Source of the DNA: Amphiscolops sp. MND2022
Taxonomy: Eukaryota
Length of the DNA stretch: 64,000 nt
Assembly (NCBI GenBank): GCA_964187785.1
Contig: OZ076420.1
Location: forward strand, 20,212,001 to 20,276,000
Direction of reading: 5' to 3'
Positions 59,230 to 64,000 of this stretch are shown here, one piece after another (position 1 is the stretch's first letter; each line of letters begins with the position of its first letter). A program made the translations under genes and the position numbers. Under the pieces are notes generated by a model. That model worked only from the letters and a program-made list of their open reading frames with translations. It made no database searches and had not been told where the DNA came from.

Positions 59230-60564
59230 CCTTGAATCCGGCGAGACCAACTGTAACTACGTGGCTGTTCTGGCTGCAGACACAGTCCTTTTATGGAAGT
59301 CGCTGCTCTATTTCCTGGGGGGAATGATTGCTTTTCTCTCCTGCATTGTCGTGTCCTACCCGACACTTCTTAACAGACGTCGTCTGTTCCTCCAGTTGGT
59401 CTTCAATAACTTGAAAACATTTTTTTTATAAATTAGAAACACTCGTTCATGAGAATTCCCATTTTTAAAATAATCTTTTAGAACATTTTAAAATAACTTT
59501 CATTATAATTTCTCCAATTTCACGGAGTGGAGGTCGAAAACGCATTGTTTTTTTTCAATTTGGTGCCCTTTTCGGAAACTATCTCCTCATAGCATGGTAT
59601 GGTACCAAATTTGCAGCCATGTGGTCGAGCAATTTTTAGACCTTTTTGACCTTGAGCAAGTCACTTTGAAACCACAACTTCAAGTCGACCATTAATGGTC
59701 GATTTGAAGCTGTGGTTTCAAAGTGACTTGCTCAAGGTCAAAAAGGTCTGATTTCTCGCCGTTGCTCTTTTTTATTTTTGCTTTTCTCCGTCAAAAGCGT
59801 TTTTTTTGCGTCTTTTGTCACTGACCATACCACTAAGCTAGAGAAGAAGGACTTGCTTAAAACCCAGCAATGGTTAGTTCTTATTTTTTGATTGGTTTCG
59901 TGCAACTCTTGAGCCTTAGTAAAATGAGGAGTTTGCGAAGCCGGCAATTGCTTGACTTCTTATAAATTAATTATTCAAGTTGAGTTTAAATCTAAGTTCT
60001 GGATCTGAAAAACAGTTGCAGGTAGTTGATGAACTGTAGAGATTGTTGGATTTGACAAAGAAAACTTCAACCCGACAGGTTTCTTCAAAAAAATGCTGTC
60101 GAAGGATTTCACACGAGGCAAGATCCTTGAAGTTTTAAAGTATTTTCGTTATGAACTTTACTCTTAACTTAGTGCATTGGTAAAGGAAAATAGTTTCTTC
60201 AAAATCAGGATAAGGTGAAAAAAAAAAGATTTTTTTTTCAAAACTTTAAAAAGTGAAAATTCCAACTTTTTCAATTTATCCCATTGATGGATTGGAATCA
60301 AGGTTATTCAATGTTTTTGCTCTTTATAATTGAAGACCAGTTTTTCTCAGTGACCCGTTAGAGCGCTTACAAGAAGGGACGATAGACATCCGAAGTCACC
60401 ATAAACGTCTGTGGAAGGAATGTGGCATCGGGCTAATCGTTTGCATGGGGTTCCTTGGTCGCCCGATGGCTGCTTATTTCATCAAGGATCGGAAAACCGT
60501 GGGAGCAGCTATCAATTTAATATTCATCATCAAATTCACTGTCGTCTCTTTCCTAGCTTTTTGA
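59230..60564 (+). CDS. Candidate host exons of a membrane protein (59230-59394 and 60351-60564)
   Basis: The phase-2 GT..AG join gives ...LLWKSLLYFLGGMIAFLSCIVVSYPTLLNRRRLFLH|DPLERLQEG...CGIGLIVCMGFLG...AAINLIFIIKFTVVSFLAF*. About three hydrophobic segments; family not recognised. Confidence 0.35.
59565..59880 (-). mobile_element. 5'-truncated copy of SINE S1 with an internal 112-bp palindrome
   Basis: Reverse complement aligns with 3150-3375. Palindrome at 59638-59749 with 2 mismatches. Confidence 0.75.
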
Positions 60565-63124
60565 ATTGTTTAAAATTTATATCATTTAGTGTCAATTCCT
60601 CCCTTGTTGTATGTTTTTTTTTGCAAAAATTTTGGTAAAACGATATATGTTCTACATCGATGGACTATAGAATTTCCAATTCGAGACTATAATTCAATAT
60701 TTCAAACTATTTCGGACTATAAAATTCGAAATTTTGTTATACTAAATATGGCATAACAATAACTCATATCAAGCGACAACCCAGATCAAACGATTTTACA
60801 CATTTATTGAAAAAACAACAACTCATATCAGGTTTGTCAATCGGTTACAAACGCCCAAATTATACTCCAAAAACATTTTATAACTAGCTTCTATGAGAAA
60901 ATCTGAGTTTTTTAAAAATCATTTCGCATGAAGAAGAAGAAGACAATTTAATTAATTTGATGCCCGAGGGCGTACAAATTACAAACTTGAATAAATTTGA
61001 TTGTCATCAGATATGGAAGCACTAGCGTTGCAGATAATACTGTACAAAACAGAAAGGTTATTCAAGTTATAAATTTTCACTATATTCATCAGCTGGTCTA
61101 GGTTTATCTATTGTATGCCAAAGGTTATTTTTAGGCAAGATTTTTTTCTCTACAACCAGTAAGACAAAAAATTGCTCGATGAGTTTGCTTGATATGAGTT
61201 GCCGCTTAGTATGACTTGTCGCTTTCTCGGTTTGATATGAGTTGTCGCCTGAGAGGAGTTGTCGCCGGATAACACTCGTCGCCCTACGATTTAAATCCAC
61301 TGTCGGGCTACCCAAGAAATCATGGACTCTCGAAATTCAAAGGTAATTTCGAGCTGTATTAATCATAATGTTGCTATGGGAAAGCGAAAAGTTATGAAAT
61401 ACAAACTCTTTCAAGGGTTTTGTCTGCTTGAGTGGTGGAGGAATTCTACGAGTAAGGGCTGAAAAAGAAGCTGAGAACGGCATATAGAGGCGCCCCGGCT
61501 AAGGCTCAAAACAGCAAAAGTACTTCAAACCGTCAAAGTTTCTCCTGTGAACGAACTTTCAATTTTTCGTTACTGAAAAACCCAAAACGGCTCTTTGTGC
61601 TTGGAAGTTTTTTTTTTACTTTCATTCGCACCAAAAGTACAGAAAAAACCAAGACCAGAACCATTTCGTGAAATAAAATTTTACCGCAAATAAGTCGCAC
61701 AGTACCGAAAAATTTGGAATGACCCTTCGATTTTGAAAATGCTTTTTAAAACTAAAACTACCGAGAAAACCGAAGGGGCACTTTGAAGCAAAGTTTTTCG
61801 GCATGGAATGGCTCTCTTCGACCGCATTATGAAAGAAAAAATAAAGAAAAAACATTAGTAGTCGCGTTTTGTTTCACAAAGCGCAGTCTAAAAACATGAC
61901 ATCCGCCGTTTTCGAAGCAATCTATCAATGTTGAAGGACAAATAAGCCAAAAACAACTACAAGTTGGCGCCCATACGTAAAAAAAATAATAGAAAAAGAG
62001 CGATTGTCATATCAGCCTGAAGTCAATTCAATTTACAATTTACAAAGACTTTTTTCTAAGATAAAGCGTATTCATAATGCTTCTGTATCTTTTGTATCTT
62101 TATTGTGTCTCAAAACCTAGCTACATCATCGGTACTGAAATGACAGTAAACACAAATATCGATAAACTGAGTAACATGAATCTAAAATGAATTGGCAGTC
62201 TTTCTGCCGGCATTGCTACTCGGTATTTGCGTCGGTCTTGAAAAAAAAATGACAAGATAGGAACGTCCGCGAATTTCGGTCGAAAATATTTTTTCAATCT
62301 TCCTGATATTTTTTGCTTTGCTCTTATCTGACTGCCATGGTTTTTTACAACAGAATCAATAAACAAGCTTTTAACCAAGAAACAAACCATTGCAGCTATA
62401 GTGGTGAAACCATTTGCTTCTTTAGCAATGGCTTTTTTAGTTATCAGCTTTTAAATAAAGTGAAATTGGTGAAACAAGTCTCAGGGAAAGATAAGGTACA
62501 TCCTTTGAATTACTAACGATTTGAAAGACTAAATTTAGAAAAAAAAATTCATAAACGCTTTTCCATGGCTGATACTAGATCATGAATATATATGGCCACT
62601 GCAATGAGGTTTTTGAGCTAAACTATGCTGAAATTGTTGAAACAAAAATTTTCCCTAGTTTCCACACATTTGGGTTCAAAGGATAATCTTCTAAAAGATT
62701 ATTCAAACTCGCTTTTTGGGTCAATAACTTTCGTAATAATTGCAAACGAAAGTCCCTTAGAAGTACAGAAACGTAACAACCACCTTTTCTCGACTGGATT
62801 TCCACTTTTTTTGGATGTATTTATTGAAAAAAGTAACACAGACGACAATCGCTTTTGTGTTTTTTCTCTCCAGCTATTTTATCTGCTATAATTATTTCAC
62901 GACATTCCTCCTTAGAAGGGGGAAAAGTTCATTTCACCCACGGAAATTGGGCAATGTGTTACTTAGCTGGAGCTAACTTGATCTTACCTCGCATTAAGAT
63001 CTATTTAATTTTACTAACATTGAAGAATATATTTGACTTGTATATATTTTGCGAATAAATTATTAACCGCCACCAACAATTGAGTATGTTTGAGACATTC
63101 AAATGGCAATAGCGAGAACTTTAC

Positions 63125-63322
63125 TTAGTGGAATGCAGTACCAGAATTTGAAGCCACAGTGCATGTAATCTGCATACCCCAGCTTCTGTTCCGAAATGCA
63201 GATATTCTTGTTCATGTCATATTTCTCCAAGCAATGCAAGAAACTGCCAATTTCATCATTATCATCAATGCATGATCTAGCTTTGGACCCGCAGTCATTT
63301 TCGTCTTCATAGGTATGCTTAC
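63125..63322 (-). CDS. Candidate host exon encoding a six-cysteine module
   Basis: 198-nt open exon, TTTTAG acceptor and GTAAAG donor, phase 1-1: GKHTYEDENDCGSKARSCIDDNDEIGSFLHCLEKYDMNKNICISEQKLGYADYMHCGFKFWYCIPL. Confidence 0.5.
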
Positions 63323-64000
63323 CTAAAACAAGTACCCAAGCTTCAAACTAGGATCCCACCGCCTTCTTTGAAAAATATTGTGCGAGGAATTTTTTCCATT
63401 GAAGGACTTTCTAGTGGTAATGTCGATATAATGAAACGGCGGATATATCCACCTTACGACGCTAATAAAAAAGACCGTATGATTGCGCTGTTCTATTTAA
63501 AACACCCCCTCCTTTGAAACAAATTTCAAATGTGTTCTTGATAAGCTGTTTTTTTTCAAAAACGAAACACCTTTGAGAAATAAGCAGCATTGGATGAAGA
63601 AGTGATTCAATTTGGATTGAATTTGATCAACTCTACGAGCGCATAATTCTTTGTTCAACCCTTTAACAAACATCAGCTTCTACGTAGTAAATAGCCGACC
63701 GACCGCTGAAGCATTTATGTTTTGCAGAATTTTATAGGAGCCATTCACGATTAAATTTTTGATTCATAAGGAAGTAATTTTTTTAGATCAAAAGTGTCCG
63801 ATTCTTGCATCGGCTTGTTTTTGTTCCGTCAAATGACAGACTTCTGGGAAAAATACACTTTTTGTAGACTTTTCGACTAAGGTCTAAGTTCTAATAAACA
63901 TTTAAAGAATCCCACCTTTGGTTACACACATATGTCAGTCTTTTTACACAAGACGACACAAAGAAATTCTCGCTTCACGTTTTTTGGTGTTTTGAGCTTT

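Overview
AT-rich eukaryotic genomic DNA made mostly of transposable elements; I see no prokaryotic operons, CRISPR arrays, rRNA or complete tRNA genes. Left to right: an RTE-like LINE whose ORF stays open to the window edge (1-2419, -); two tRNA-derived SINE heads; a Tc1 transposase remnant; a 3.6-kb non-autonomous LTR element (7952-11530); a 16.0-kb Ty3/Gypsy element (Gypsy-A, 13315-29278, -); a decayed LINE (30.2-33.6 kb); a 15.8-kb Ty3/Gypsy element (Gypsy-B, 33696-49501, +) inserted into the TIR of a small MITE; then decayed repeats and a few candidate host exons. Main observation: Gypsy-A and Gypsy-B are strongly diverged but share one unusual layout: LTR, gag starting inside the LTR, -1 frameshift, pol, then an ANTISENSE intron-containing gene of about 1,070 codons, a head-to-head promoter, a sense disordered ORF3 that reads through the PPT, and the second LTR. 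I rebuilt the antisense gene by hand in both elements. All GT-AG junctions splice in frame, four intron positions or phases and an 82-nt exon match between the copies, and the protein has a CxxC..H..H (BED-like) zinc finger followed by a region resembling a hAT transposase that lacks its catalytic acids. Both copies here are damaged by frameshifts or stops. Family assignments come from motif recognition by eye; no database search was possible.
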